Shown here: in pieces, positions 24,601-39,600 of the stretch
How positions within the stretch are numbered: the stretch's first letter is position 1
Layout of the letters: every line of letters begins with the position of its first letter
NCBI GenBank assembly: GCA_050613775.1
Contig: JBODTK010000102.1
Coordinates: 558,001 to 607,685, forward strand
Direction of reading: 5' to 3'
Origin: Neocallimastix sp. 'constans'
Lineage: Eukaryota
Length of the DNA: 49,685 bases
Position numbers and translations under genes: made by a program
The notes under the pieces: model-generated
Database searches by the model: none
What the model was told of the DNA's origin: nothing
What the model saw: only the letters and a program-made list of their open reading frames with translations

Positions 24601-27600
24601 TAATTGTTAAAGTATTTTATTAATATTTTTTTTAAATAAATAAATCTATATAATTGTTAAAGTATTTTATTAATATTTTTTTTTAAATAAATAAATCTAT
24701 ATAATTGTTAAAGTATTTTATTAATATTTTTTTTAAATTAATAAATCTATATAATTGCTAAAGTATTTTATTAATATTTTTTTTAAATAAATAAATTTAT
24801 ATAATTGTTAAAGTATTTTATTAATATTTTTTTTAAATAAATAAATCTATATAATTGTTAAAGTATTTTATTAATATTTTTTTTTAAATAAATAAATCTA
24901 TATAATTGTTAAAGTATTTTATTAATATTTTTTTTTAAATAAATAAATCTATATAATTGTTAAAGTATTTTATTAATATTTTTTTTTAAATAAATAAATC
25001 TATATAATTGCTAAAGTATTTTATTAATATTTTTTTTAAATAAATAAATCTATATAATTGCTAAAGTATTTTATTAATATTTTTTTTAAATAAATAAATC
25101 TATATAATTGTTAAAGTATTTTATTAATAGTTGTTTAAATATTTTATTAATATTTTTTAAATAAATAAATCTATATAATTGTTAAAGTATTTTATTAATA
25201 TTTTTTTTTAAATAAATAAATCTATATAATTGTTAAAATATTTTATTAATATTTTTTTTAAATAAATAAATTTATATAATTGTTAAAGTATTTTATTAAT
25301 ATTTTTTTTAAATAAATAAATCTATATAATTGTTAAAGTATTTTATTAATATTTTTTTTTAAATAAATAAATCTATATAATTGTTAAAGTATTTTATTAA
25401 TATTTTTTTTTAAATAAATAAATCTATATAATTGTTAAAGTATTTTATTAATATTTTTTTTAAATTAATAAATCTATATAATTGCTAAAGTATTTTATTA
25501 ATAGTTGTTTAAATATTTTATTAATATTTTTTAAATAAATAAATCTATATAATTGTTAAAGTATTTTATTAATATTTTTTTTTAAATAAATAAATCTATA
25601 TAATTGTTAAAGTATTTTATTAATATTTTTTTTTAAATAAATAAATCTATATAATTGTTAAAGTATTTTATTAATATTTTTTTTTAAATAAATAAATCTA
25701 TATAATTGCTAAAGTATTTTATTAATATTTTTTTTAAATAAATAAATCTATATAATTGCTAAAGTATTTTATTAATATTTTTTTTAAATAAATAAATCTA
25801 TATAATTGTTAAAGTATTTTATTAATATTTTTTTTTAAATAAATAAATCTATATAATTGTTAAAGTATTTTATTAATATTTTTTTTAAATAAATAAATCT
25901 ATATAATTGCTAAAATATTTTATTAATAGTTGTTTAAATATTTTATTAATATTTTTTAAATAAATAAATCTATATAATTGTTAAAGTATTTTATTAATAG
26001 TTGTTTAAATATTTTATTAATATTTTTTAAATAAATAAATCTATATAATTGTTAAAGTATTTTATTAATATTTTTTTTTAAATAAATAAATCTATATAAT
26101 TGTTAAAGTATTTTATTAATATTTTTTTTTAAATAAATAAATCTATATAATTGTTAAAGTATTTTATTAATATTTTTTTTAAATAAATAAATCTATATAA
26201 TTGCTAAAATATTTTATTAATAGTTGTTTAAATATTTTATTAATATTTTTTAAATAAATAAATCTATATAATTGCTAAAGTATTTTATTAATAGTTGTTT
26301 AAATATTTTATTAATATTTTTTAAATAAATAAATCTATATAATTGTTAAAGTATTTTATTAATATTTTTTTTTAAATAAATAAATCTATATAATTGTTAA
26401 AGTATTTTATTAATATTTTTTTTTTAAATAAATAAATCTATATAATTGTTAAAGTATTTTATTAATATTTTTTTTAAATAAATAAATCTATATAATTGCT
26501 AAAATATTTTATTAATAGTTGTTTAAATATTTTATTAATATTTTTTAAATAAATAAATCTATATAATTGCTAAAATATTTTATTAATAGTTGTTTAAATA
26601 TTTTATTAATATTTTTTAAATAAATAAATCTATATAATTGTTAAAGTATTTTATTAATATTTTTTTTTAAATAAATAAATCTATATAATTGTTAAAGTAT
26701 TTTATTAATATTTTTTTTAAATAAATAAATCTATATAATTGCTAAAATATTTTATTAATAGTTGTTTAAATATTTTATTAATATTTTTTAAATAAATAAA
26801 TCTATATAATTGCTAAAATATTTTATTAATAGTTGTTTAAATATTTTATTAATATTTTTTAAATAAATAAATCTATATAATTGTTAAAGTATTTTATTAA
26901 TATTTTTTTTTAAATAAATAAATCTATATAATTGTTAAAGTATTTTATTAATATTTATTTTTTAAATAAATAAATCTATATAATTGCTAAAATATTTTAT
27001 TAATAGTTGTTTAAATATTTTATTAATATTTTTTAAATAAATAAATCTATATAATTGCTAAAATATTTTATTAATAGTTGTTTAAATATTTTATTAATAT
27101 TTTTTAAATAAATAAATCTATATAATTGTTAAAGTATTTTATTAATATTTTTTTTTAAATAAATAAATCTATATAATTGTTAAAGTATTTTATTAATATT
27201 TTTTTTAAATAAATAAATCTATATAATTGCTAAAATATTTTATTAATAGTTGTTTAAATATTTTATTAATATTTTTTAAATAAATAAATCTATATAATTG
27301 CTAAAATATTTTATTAATAGTTGTTTAAATATTTTATTAATATTTTTTAAATAAATAAATCTATATAATTGTTAAAGTATTTTATTAATATTTTTTTTTA
27401 AATAAATAAATCTATATAATTGCTAAAGTATTTTATTAATATTTTTTTTAAATAAATAAATCTATATAATTGCTAAAGTATTTTATTAATAGTTGTTTAA
27501 ATATTTTATTAATATTTTTTAAATAAATAAATCTATATAATTGTTAAAGTATTTTATTAATATTTTTTTTTAAATAAATAAATCTATATAATTGTTAAAG

Positions 27601-30600
27601 TATTTTATTAATATTTTTTTTTTAAATAAATAAATCTATATAATTGTTAAAGTATTTTAATAATATTTTTTTTAAATAAATAAATCTATATAATTGCTAA
27701 AGTATTTTATTAATAGTTGTTTAAATATTTTATTAATATTTTTTAAATAAATAAATCTATATAATTGTTAAAGTATTTTATTAATATTTTTTTTTAAATA
27801 AATAAATCTATATAATTGTTAAAGTATTTTATTAATAGTTGTTTAAATATTTTATTAATATTTTTTAAATAAATAAATCTATATAATTGTTAAAGTATTT
27901 TATTAATATTTTTTTTTAAATAAATAAATCTATATAATTGTTAAAGTATTTTATTAATATTTTTTTTAAATAAATAAATCTATATAATTGCTAAAATATT
28001 TTTTTAATAGTTGTTTAAATATTTTATTAATATTTTTTAAATAAATAAATCTATATAATTGCTAAAATATTTTATTAATAGTTGTTTAAATATTTTATTA
28101 ATATTTTTTAAATAAATAAATCTATATAATTGTTAAAGTATTTTATTAATATTTTTTTTTAAATAAATAAATCTATATAATTGTTAAAGTATTTTATTAA
28201 TATTTTTTTTTAAATAAATAAATCTATATAATTGTTAAAGTATTTTAATAATATTTTTTTTAAATAAATAAATCTATATAATTGCTAAAATATTTTATTA
28301 ATAGTTGTTTAAATATTTTATTAATATTTTTTAAATAAATAAATCTATATAATTGCTAAAGTATTTTATTAATATTTTTTTTAAATAAATAAATTTATAT
28401 AATTGTTAAAGTATTTTATTAATATTTTTTTTAAATAAATAAATCTATATAATTGTTAAAGTATTTTATTAATATTTTTTTTTAAATAAATAAATCTATA
28501 TAATTGTTAAAGTATTTTATTAATATTTTTTTTTAAATAAATAAATCTATATAATTGTTAAAGTATTTTATTAATATTTTTTTTAAATTAATAAATCTAT
28601 ATAATTGCTAAAGTATTTTATTAATAGTTGTTTAAATATTTTATTAATATTTTTTAAATAAATAAATCTATATAATTGTTAAAGTATTTTATTAATATTT
28701 TTTTTTAAATAAATAAATCTATATAATTGTTAAAGTATTTTATTAATATTTTTTTTTAAATAAATAAATCTATATAATTGTTAAAGTATTTTATTAATAT
28801 TTTTTTTTAAATAAATAAATCTATATAATTGCTAAAGTATTTTATTAATATTTTTTTTAAATAAATAAATCTATATAATTGCTAAAGTATTTTATTAATA
28901 TTTTTTTTAAATAAATAAATCTATATAATTGTTAAAGTATTTTATTAATATTTTTTTTTAAATAAATAAATCTATATAATTGTTAAAGTATTTTATTAAT
29001 ATTTTTTTTAAATAAATAAATCTATATAATTGCTAAAATATTTTATTAATAGTTGTTTAAATATTTTATTAATATTTTTTAAATAAATAAATCTATATAA
29101 TTGTTAAAGTATTTTATTAATATTTTTTTTTAAATAAATAAATCTATATAATTGTTAAAGTATTTTATTAATATTTTTTTTTTAAATAAATAAATCTATA
29201 TAATTGTTAAAGTATTTTAATAATATTTTTTTTAAATAAATAAATCTATATAATTGCTAAAATATTTTATTAATAGTTGTTTAAATATTTTATTAATATT
29301 TTTTAAATAAATAAATCTATATAATTGCTAAAGTATTTTATTAATATTTTTTTTAAATAAATAAATTTATATAATTGTTAAAGTATTTTATTAATATTTT
29401 TTTTAAATAAATAAATCTATATAATTGTTAAAGTATTTTATTAATATTTTTTTTTAAATAAATAAATCTATATAATTGTTAAAGTATTTTATTAATATTT
29501 TTTTTTAAATAAATAAATCTATATAATTGTTAAAGTATTTTATTAATATTTTTTTTAAATTAATAAATCTATATAATTGCTAAAGTATTTTATTAATAGT
29601 TGTTTAAATATTTTATTAATATTTTTTAAATAAATAAATCTATATAATTGTTAAAGTATTTTATTAATATTTTTTTTTAAATAAATAAATCTATATAATT
29701 GTTAAAGTATTTTATTAATATTTTTTTTTAAATAAATAAATCTATATAATTGTTAAAGTATTTTATTAATATTTTTTTTTAAATAAATAAATCTATATAA
29801 TTGCTAAAGTATTTTATTAATATTTTTTTTAAATAAATAAATCTATATAATTGCTAAAGTATTTTATTAATATTTTTTTTAAATAAATAAATCTATATAA
29901 TTGTTAAAGTATTTTATTAATATTTTTTTTTAAATAAATAAATCTATATAATTGTTAAAGTATTTTATTAATATTTTTTTTAAATAAATAAATCTATATA
30001 ATTGCTAAAATATTTTATTAATAGTTGTTTAAATATTTTATTAATATTTTTTAAATAAATAAATCTATATAATTGCTAAAGTATTTTATTAATAGTTGTT
30101 TAAATATTTTATTAATATTTTTTAAATAAATAAATCTATATAATTGTTAAAGTATTTTATTAATATTTTTTTTTAAATAAATAAATCTATATAATTGTTA
30201 AAGTATTTTATTAATATTTTTTTTAAATAAATAAATCTATATAATTGCTAAAATATTTTATTAATAGTTGTTTAAATATTTTATTAATATTTTTTAAATA
30301 AATAAATCTATATAATTGCTAAAATATTTTATTAATAGTTGTTTAAATATTTTATTAATATTTTTTAAATAAATAAATCTATATAATTGTTAAAGTATTT
30401 TATTAATATTTTTTTTTAAATAAATAAATCTATATAATTGTTAAAGTATTTTAATAATATTTTTTTTAAATAAATAAATCTATATAATTGCTAAAATATT
30501 TTATTAATAGTTGTTTAAATATTTTATTAATATTTTTTAAATAAATAAATCTATATAATTGCTAAAATATTTTATTAATATTTTTTTTAAATAAATAAAT

Positions 30601-33600
30601 TTATATAATTGTTAAAGTATTTTATTAATATTTTTTTTAAATAAATAAATCTATATAATTGTTAAAGTATTTTATTAATATTTTTTTTTAAATAAATAAA
30701 TCTATATAATTGTTAAAGTATTTTATTAATATTTTTTTTAAATAAATAAATCTATATAATTGTTAAAGTATTTTATTAATATTTTTTTTAAATTAATAAA
30801 TCTATATAATTGCTAAAGTATTTTATTAATAGTTGTTTAAATATTTTATTAATATTTTTTAAATAAATAAATCTATATAATTGTTAAAGTATTTTATTAA
30901 TATTTTTTTTTAAATAAATAAATCTATATAATTGTTAAAGTATTTTATTAATATTTTTTTTAAATAAATAAATCTATATAATTGCTAAAATATTTTTTTA
31001 ATAGTTGTTTAAATATTTTATTAATATTTTTTAAATAAATAAATCTATATAATTGCTAAAATATTTTATTAATAGTTGTTTAAATATTTTATTAATATTT
31101 TTTAAATAAATAAATCTATATAATTGTTAAAGTATTTTATTAATATTTTTTTTTAAATAAATAAATCTATATAATTGTTAAAGTATTTTATTAATATTTT
31201 TTTAAATAAATAAATCTATATAATTGCTAAAGTATTTTATTAATATTTTTTTTAAATAAATAAATCTATATAATTGCTAAAGTATTTTATTAATAGTTGT
31301 TTAAATATTTTATTAATATTTTTTAAATAAATAAATCTATATAATTGTTAAAGTATTTTATTAATATTTTTTTTTAAATAAATAAATCTATATAATTGCT
31401 AAAGTATTTTATTAATATTTTTTTTAAATAAATAAATCTATATAATTGCTAAAATATTTTATTAATAGTTGTTTAAATATTTTATTAATATTTTTTAAAT
31501 AAATAAATCTATATAATTGCTAAAGTATTTTATTAATAGTTGTTTAAATATTTTATTAATATTTTTTAAATAAATAAATCTATATAATTGTTAAAGTATT
31601 TTATTAATATTTTTTTTTTAAATAAATAAATCTATATAATTGTTAAAGTATTTTATTAATATTTTTTTTAAATAAATAAATCTATATAATTGCTAAAATA
31701 TTTTATTAATAGTTGTTTAAATATTTTATTAATATTTTTTAAATAAATAAATCTATATAATTGCTAAAATATTTTATTAATAGTTGTTTAAATATTTTAT
31801 TAATATTTTTTAAATAAATAAATCTATATAATTGTTAAAGTATTTTATTAATATTTTTTTTTAAATAAATAAATCTATATAATTGTTAAAGTATTTTATT
31901 AATATTTATTTTTTAAATAAATAAATCTATATAATTGTTAAAGTATTTTAATAATATTTTTTTTAAATAAATAAATCTATATAATTGCTAAAATATTTTA
32001 TTAATAGTTGTTTAAATATTTTATTAATATTTTTTAAATAAATAAATCTATATAATTGCTAAAATATTTTATTAATAGTTGTTTAAATATTTTATTAATA
32101 TTTTTTAAATAAATAAATCTATATAATTGTTAAAGTATTTTATTAATATTTTTTTTTAAATAAATAAATCTATATAATTGTTAAAGTATTTTATTAATAT
32201 TTATTTTTTAAATAAATAAATCTATATAATTGTTAAAGTATTTTAATAATATTTTTTTTAAATAAATAAATCTATATAATTGCTAAAATATTTTATTAAT
32301 AGTTGTTTAAATATTTTATTAATATTTTTTAAATAAATAAATCTATATAATTGCTAAAATATTTTATTAATATTTTTTTTAAATAAATAAATTTATATAA
32401 TTGTTAAAGTATTTTATTAATATTTTTTTTAAATAAATAAATCTATATAATTGTTAAAGTATTTTATTAATATTTTTTTTTAAATAAATAAATCTATATA
32501 ATTGTTAAAGTATTTTATTAATATTTTTTTTAAATAAATAAATCTATATAATTGTTAAAGTATTTTATTAATATTTTTTTTAAATTAATAAATCTATATA
32601 ATTGCTAAAGTATTTTATTAATAGTTGTTTAAATATTTTATTAATATTTTTTAAATAAATAAATCTATATAATTGTTAAAGTATTTTATTAATATTTTTT
32701 TTTAAATAAATAAATCTATATAATTGTTAAAGTATTTTATTAATATTTTTTTTAAATAAATAAATCTATATAATTGCTAAAATATTTTTTTAATAGTTGT
32801 TTAAATATTTTATTAATATTTTTTAAATAAATAAATCTATATAATTGCTAAAATATTTTATTAATAGTTGTTTAAATATTTTATTAATATTTTTTAAATA
32901 AATAAATCTATATAATTGTTAAAGTATTTTATTAATATTTTTTTTTAAATAAATAAATCTATATAATTGTTAAAGTATTTTATTAATATTTTTTTAAATA
33001 AATAAATCTATATAATTGCTAAAGTATTTTATTAATATTTTTTTTAAATAAATAAATCTATATAATTGCTAAAGTATTTTATTAATAGTTGTTTAAATAT
33101 TTTATTAATATTTTTTAAATAAATAAATCTATATAATTGTTAAAGTATTTTATTAATATTTTTTTTTAAATAAATAAATCTATATAATTGTTAAAGTATT
33201 TTATTAATATTTTTTTTTTAAATAAATAAATCTATATAATTGTTAAAGTATTTTAATAATATTTTTTTTAAATAAATAAATCTATATAATTGCTAAAATA
33301 TTTTATTAATAGTTGTTTAAATATTTTATTAATATTTTTTAAATAAATAAATCTATATAATTGCTAAAGTATTTTATTAATATTTTTTTTAAATAAATAA
33401 ATTTATATAATTGTTAAAGTATTTTATTAATATTTTTTTTAAATAAATAAATCTATATAATTGTTAAAGTATTTTATTAATATTTTTTTTTAAATAAATA
33501 AATCTATATAATTGTTAAAGTATTTTATTAATATTTTTTTTTAAATAAATAAATCTATATAATTGTTAAAGTATTTTATTAATATTTTTTTTAAATTAAT

Positions 33601-36600
33601 AAATCTATATAATTGCTAAAGTATTTTATTAATAGTTGTTTAAATATTTTATTAATATTTTTTAAATAAATAAATCTATATAATTGTTAAAGTATTTTAT
33701 TAATATTTTTTTTTAAATAAATAAATCTATATAATTGTTAAAGTATTTTATTAATATTTTTTTTTAAATAAATAAATCTATATAATTGTTAAAGTATTTT
33801 ATTAATATTTTTTTTTAAATAAATAAATCTATATAATTGCTAAAGTATTTTATTAATATTTTTTTTAAATAAATAAATCTATATAATTGTTAAAGTATTT
33901 TATTAATATTTTTTTTTAAATAAATAAATCTATATAATTGTTAAAGTATTTTATTAATATTTTTTTTAAATAAATAAATCTATATAATTGCTAAAATATT
34001 TTATTAATAGTTGTTTAAATATTTTATTAATATTTTTTAAATAAATAAATCTATATAATTGCTAAAGTATTTTATTAATAGTTGTTTAAATATTTTATTA
34101 ATATTTTTTAAATAAATAAATCTATATAATTGTTAAAGTATTTTATTAATATTTTTTTTTTAAATAAATAAATCTATATAATTGTTAAAGTATTTTATTA
34201 ATATTTTTTTTAAATAAATAAATCTATATAATTGCTAAAATATTTTATTAATAGTTGTTTAAATATTTTATTAATATTTTTTAAATAAATAAATCTATAT
34301 AATTGCTAAAATATTTTATTAATAGTTGTTTAAATATTTTATTAATATTTTTTAAATAAATAAATCTATATAATTGTTAAAGTATTTTATTAATATTTTT
34401 TTTTAAATAAATAAATCTATATAATTGTTAAAGTATTTTATTAATATTTATTTTTTAAATAAATAAATCTATATAATTGTTAAAGTATTTTAATAATATT
34501 TTTTTTAAATAAATAAATCTATATAATTGCTAAAATATTTTATTAATAGTTGTTTAAATATTTTATTAATATTTTTTAAATAAATAAATCTATATAATTG
34601 CTAAAATATTTTATTAATATTTTTTTTAAATAAATAAATTTATATAATTGTTAAAGTATTTTATTAATATTTTTTTTAAATAAATAAATCTATATAATTG
34701 TTAAAGTATTTTATTAATATTTTTTTTAAATAAATAAATCTATATAATTGCTAAAATATTTTATTAATAGTTGTTTAAATATTTTATTAATATTTTTTAA
34801 ATAAATAAATCTATATAATTGCTAAAATATTTTATTAATATTTTTTTTAAATAAATAAATTTATATAATTGTTAAAGTATTTTATTAATATTTTTTTTAA
34901 ATAAATAAATCTATATAATTGTTAAAGTATTTTATTAATATTTTTTTTTAAATAAATAAATCTATATAATTGTTAAAGTATTTTATTAATATTTTTTTTA
35001 AATAAATAAATCTATATAATTGTTAAAGTATTTTATTAATATTTTTTTTAAATTAATAAATCTATATAATTGCTAAAGTATTTTATTAATAGTTGTTTAA
35101 ATATTTTATTAATATTTTTTAAATAAATAAATCTATATAATTGTTAAAGTATTTTATTAATATTTTTTTTTAAATAAATAAATCTATATAATTGTTAAAG
35201 TATTTTATTAATATTTTTTTTTAAATAAATAAATCTATATAATTGTTAAAGTATTTTATTAATATTTTTTTTAAATAAATAAATCTATATAATTGCTAAA
35301 GTATTTTATTAATATTTTTTTTTAAATAAATAAATCTATATAATTGTTAAAGTATTTTATTAATATTTTTTTTAAATAAATAAATTTATATAATTGTTAA
35401 AGTATTTTATTAATATTTTTTTTAAATAAATAAATCTATATAATTATTAAAGTATTTTATTAATATTTTTTTTAAATAAATAAATCTATATAATTGTTAA
35501 AGTATTTTATTAATATTTTTTTTAAATTAATAAATCTATATAATTGCTAAAGTATTTTATTAATAGTTGTTTAAATATTTTATTAATATTTTTTAAATAA
35601 ATAAATCTATATAATTGTTAAAGTATTTTATTAATATTTTTTTTTAAATAAATAAATCTATATAATTGTTAAAGTATTTTATTAATATTTTTTTTAAATA
35701 AATAAATCTATATAATTGCTAAAATATTTTTTTAATAGTTGTTTAAATATTTTATTAATATTTTTTAAATAAATAAATCTATATAATTGCTAAAATATTT
35801 TATTAATAGTTGTTTAAATATTTTATTAATATTTTTTAAATAAATAAATCTATATAATTGTTAAAGTATTTTATTAATATTTTTTTTTAAATAAATAAAT
35901 CTATATAATTGTTAAAGTATTTTATTAATATTTTTTTAAATAAATAAATCTATATAATTGCTAAAGTATTTTATTAATATTTTTTTTAAATAAATAAATC
36001 TATATAATTGCTAAAGTATTTTATTAATAGTTGTTTAAATATTTTATTAATATTTTTTAAATAAATAAATCTATATAATTGTTAAAGTATTTTATTAATA
36101 TTTTTTTTTAAATAAATAAATCTATATAATTGTTAAAGTATTTTATTAATATTTTTTTTTTAAATAAATAAATCTATATAATTGTTAAAGTATTTTAATA
36201 ATATTTTTTTTAAATAAATAAATCTATATAATTGTTAAAGTATTTTATTAATATTTTTTTTTAAATAAATAAATCTATATAATTGTTAAAGTATTTTAAT
36301 AATATTTTTTTTAAATAAATAAATCTATATAATTGCTAAAATATTTTATTAATAGTTGTTTAAATATTTTATTAATATTTTTTAAATAAATAAATCTATA
36401 TAATTGCTAAAATATTTTATTAATAGTTGTTTAAATATTTTATTAATATTTTTTAAATAAATAAATCTATATAATTGTTAAAGTATTTTATTAATATTTT
36501 TTTTTAAATAAATAAATCTATATAATTGTTAAAGTATTTTATTAATATTTATTTTTTAAATAAATAAATCTATATAATTGTTAAAGTATTTTAATAATAT

Positions 36601-39600
36601 TTTTTTTAAATAAATAAATCTATATAATTGTTAAAATATTTTATTAATATTTTTTTTAAATAAATAAATTTATATAATTGTTAAAGTATTTTATTAATAT
36701 TTTTTTTAAATAAATAAATCTATATAATTGTTAAAGTATTTTATTAATATTTTTTTTAAATAAATAAATCTATATAATTGTTAAAGTATTTTATTAATAT
36801 TTTTTTTTAAATAAATAAATCTATATAATTGTTAAAGTATTTTATTAATATTTTTTTTTAAATAAATAAATCTATATAATTGTTAAAGTATTTTATTAAT
36901 ATTTATTTTTTAAATAAATAAATCTATATAATTGTTAAAGTATTTTAATAATATTTTTTTTAAATAAATAAATCTATATAATTGCTAAAATATTTTATTA
37001 ATAGTTGTTTAAATATTTTATTAATATTTTTTAAATAAATAAATCTATATAATTGCTAAAATATTTTATTAATATTTTTTTTAAATAAATAAATTTATAT
37101 AATTGTTAAAGTATTTTATTAATATTTTTTTTAAATAAATAAATCTATATAATTGTTAAAGTATTTTATTAATATTTTTTTTTAAATAAATAAATCTATA
37201 TAATTGTTAAAGTATTTTATTAATATTTTTTTTAAATAAATAAATCTATATAATTGTTAAAGTATTTTATTAATATTTTTTTTAAATTAATAAATCTATA
37301 TAATTGCTAAAGTATTTTATTAATAGTTGTTTAAATATTTTATTAATATTTTTTAAATAAATAAATCTATATAATTGTTAAAGTATTTTATTAATATTTT
37401 TTTTTAAATAAATAAATCTATATAATTGTTAAAGTATTTTATTAATATTTTTTTTTAAATAAATAAATCTATATAATTGTTAAAGTATTTTATTAATATT
37501 TTTTTTTAAATAAATAAATCTATATAATTGTTAAAGTATTTTATTAATATTTTTTTTTAAATAAATAAATCTATATAATTGTTAAAGTATTTTATTAATA
37601 TTTTTTTTAAATAAATAAATCTATATAATTGCTAAAGTATTTTATTAATAGTTGTTTAAATATTTTATTAATATTTTTTAAATAAATAAATCTATATAAT
37701 TGTTAAAGTATTTTATTAATATTTTTTTTTAAATAAATAAATCTATATAATTGTTAAAGTATTTTATTAATATTTTTTTTTAAATAAATAAATCTATATA
37801 ATTGTTAAAGTATTTTATTAATATTTTTTTTAAATAAATAAATCTATATAATTGCTAAAGTATTTTATTAATATTTTTTTTTAAATAAATAAATCTATAT
37901 AATTGTTAAAGTATTTTATTAATATTTTTTTTAAATAAATAAATTTATATAATTGTTAAAGTATTTTATTAATATTTTTTTTAAATAAATAAATCTATAT
38001 AATTGTTAAAGTATTTTATTAATATTTTTTTTAAATAAATAAATCTATATAATTGTTAAAGTATTTTATTAATATTTTTTTTAAATTAATAAATCTATAT
38101 AATTGCTAAAGTATTTTATTAATAGTTGTTTAAATATTTTATTAATATTTTTTAAATAAATAAATCTATATAATTGTTAAAGTATTTTATTAATATTTTT
38201 TTTTAAATAAATAAATCTATATAATTGTTAAAGTATTTTATTAATATTTTTTTTAAATAAATAAATCTATATAATTGCTAAAATATTTTTTTAATAGTTG
38301 TTTAAATATTTTATTAATATTTTTTAAATAAATAAATCTATATAATTGCTAAAATATTTTATTAATAGTTGTTTAAATATTTTATTAATATTTTTTAAAT
38401 AAATAAATCTATATAATTGTTAAAGTATTTTATTAATATTTTTTTTTAAATAAATAAATCTATATAATTGTTAAAGTATTTTATTAATATTTTTTTAAAT
38501 AAATAAATCTATATAATTGCTAAAGTATTTTATTAATATTTTTTTTAAATAAATAAATCTATATAATTGCTAAAGTATTTTATTAATAGTTGTTTAAATA
38601 TTTTATTAATATTTTTTAAATAAATAAATCTATATAATTGTTAAAGTATTTTATTAATATTTTTTTTTAAATAAATAAATCTATATAATTGTTAAAGTAT
38701 TTTATTAATATTTTTTTTTTAAATAAATAAATCTATATAATTGTTAAAGTATTTTAATAATATTTTTTTTAAATAAATAAATCTATATAATTGCTAAAAT
38801 ATTTTATTAATAGTTGTTTAAATATTTTATTAATATTTTTTAAATAAATAAATCTATATAATTGCTAAAGTATTTTATTAATATTTTTTTTAAATAAATA
38901 AATTTATATAATTGTTAAAGTATTTTATTAATATTTTTTTTAAATAAATAAATCTATATAATTGTTAAAGTATTTTATTAATATTTTTTTTTAAATAAAT
39001 AAATCTATATAATTGTTAAAGTATTTTATTAATATTTTTTTTTAAATAAATAAATCTATATAATTGTTAAAGTATTTTATTAATATTTTTTTTAAATTAA
39101 TAAATCTATATAATTGCTAAAGTATTTTATTAATAGTTGTTTAAATATTTTATTAATATTTTTTAAATAAATAAATCTATATAATTGTTAAAGTATTTTA
39201 TTAATATTTTTTTTTAAATAAATAAATCTATATAATTGTTAAAGTATTTTATTAATATTTTTTTTTAAATAAATAAATCTATATAATTGTTAAAGTATTT
39301 TATTAATATTTTTTTTTAAATAAATAAATCTATATAATTGCTAAAGTATTTTATTAATATTTTTTTTAAATAAATAAATCTATATAATTGCTAAAGTATT
39401 TTATTAATATTTTTTTTAAATAAATAAATCTATATAATTGTTAAAGTATTTTATTAATATTTTTTTTTAAATAAATAAATCTATATAATTGTTAAAGTAT
39501 TTTATTAATATTTTTTTTAAATAAATAAATCTATATAATTGCTAAAATATTTTATTAATAGTTGTTTAAATATTTTATTAATATTTTTTAAATAAATAAA

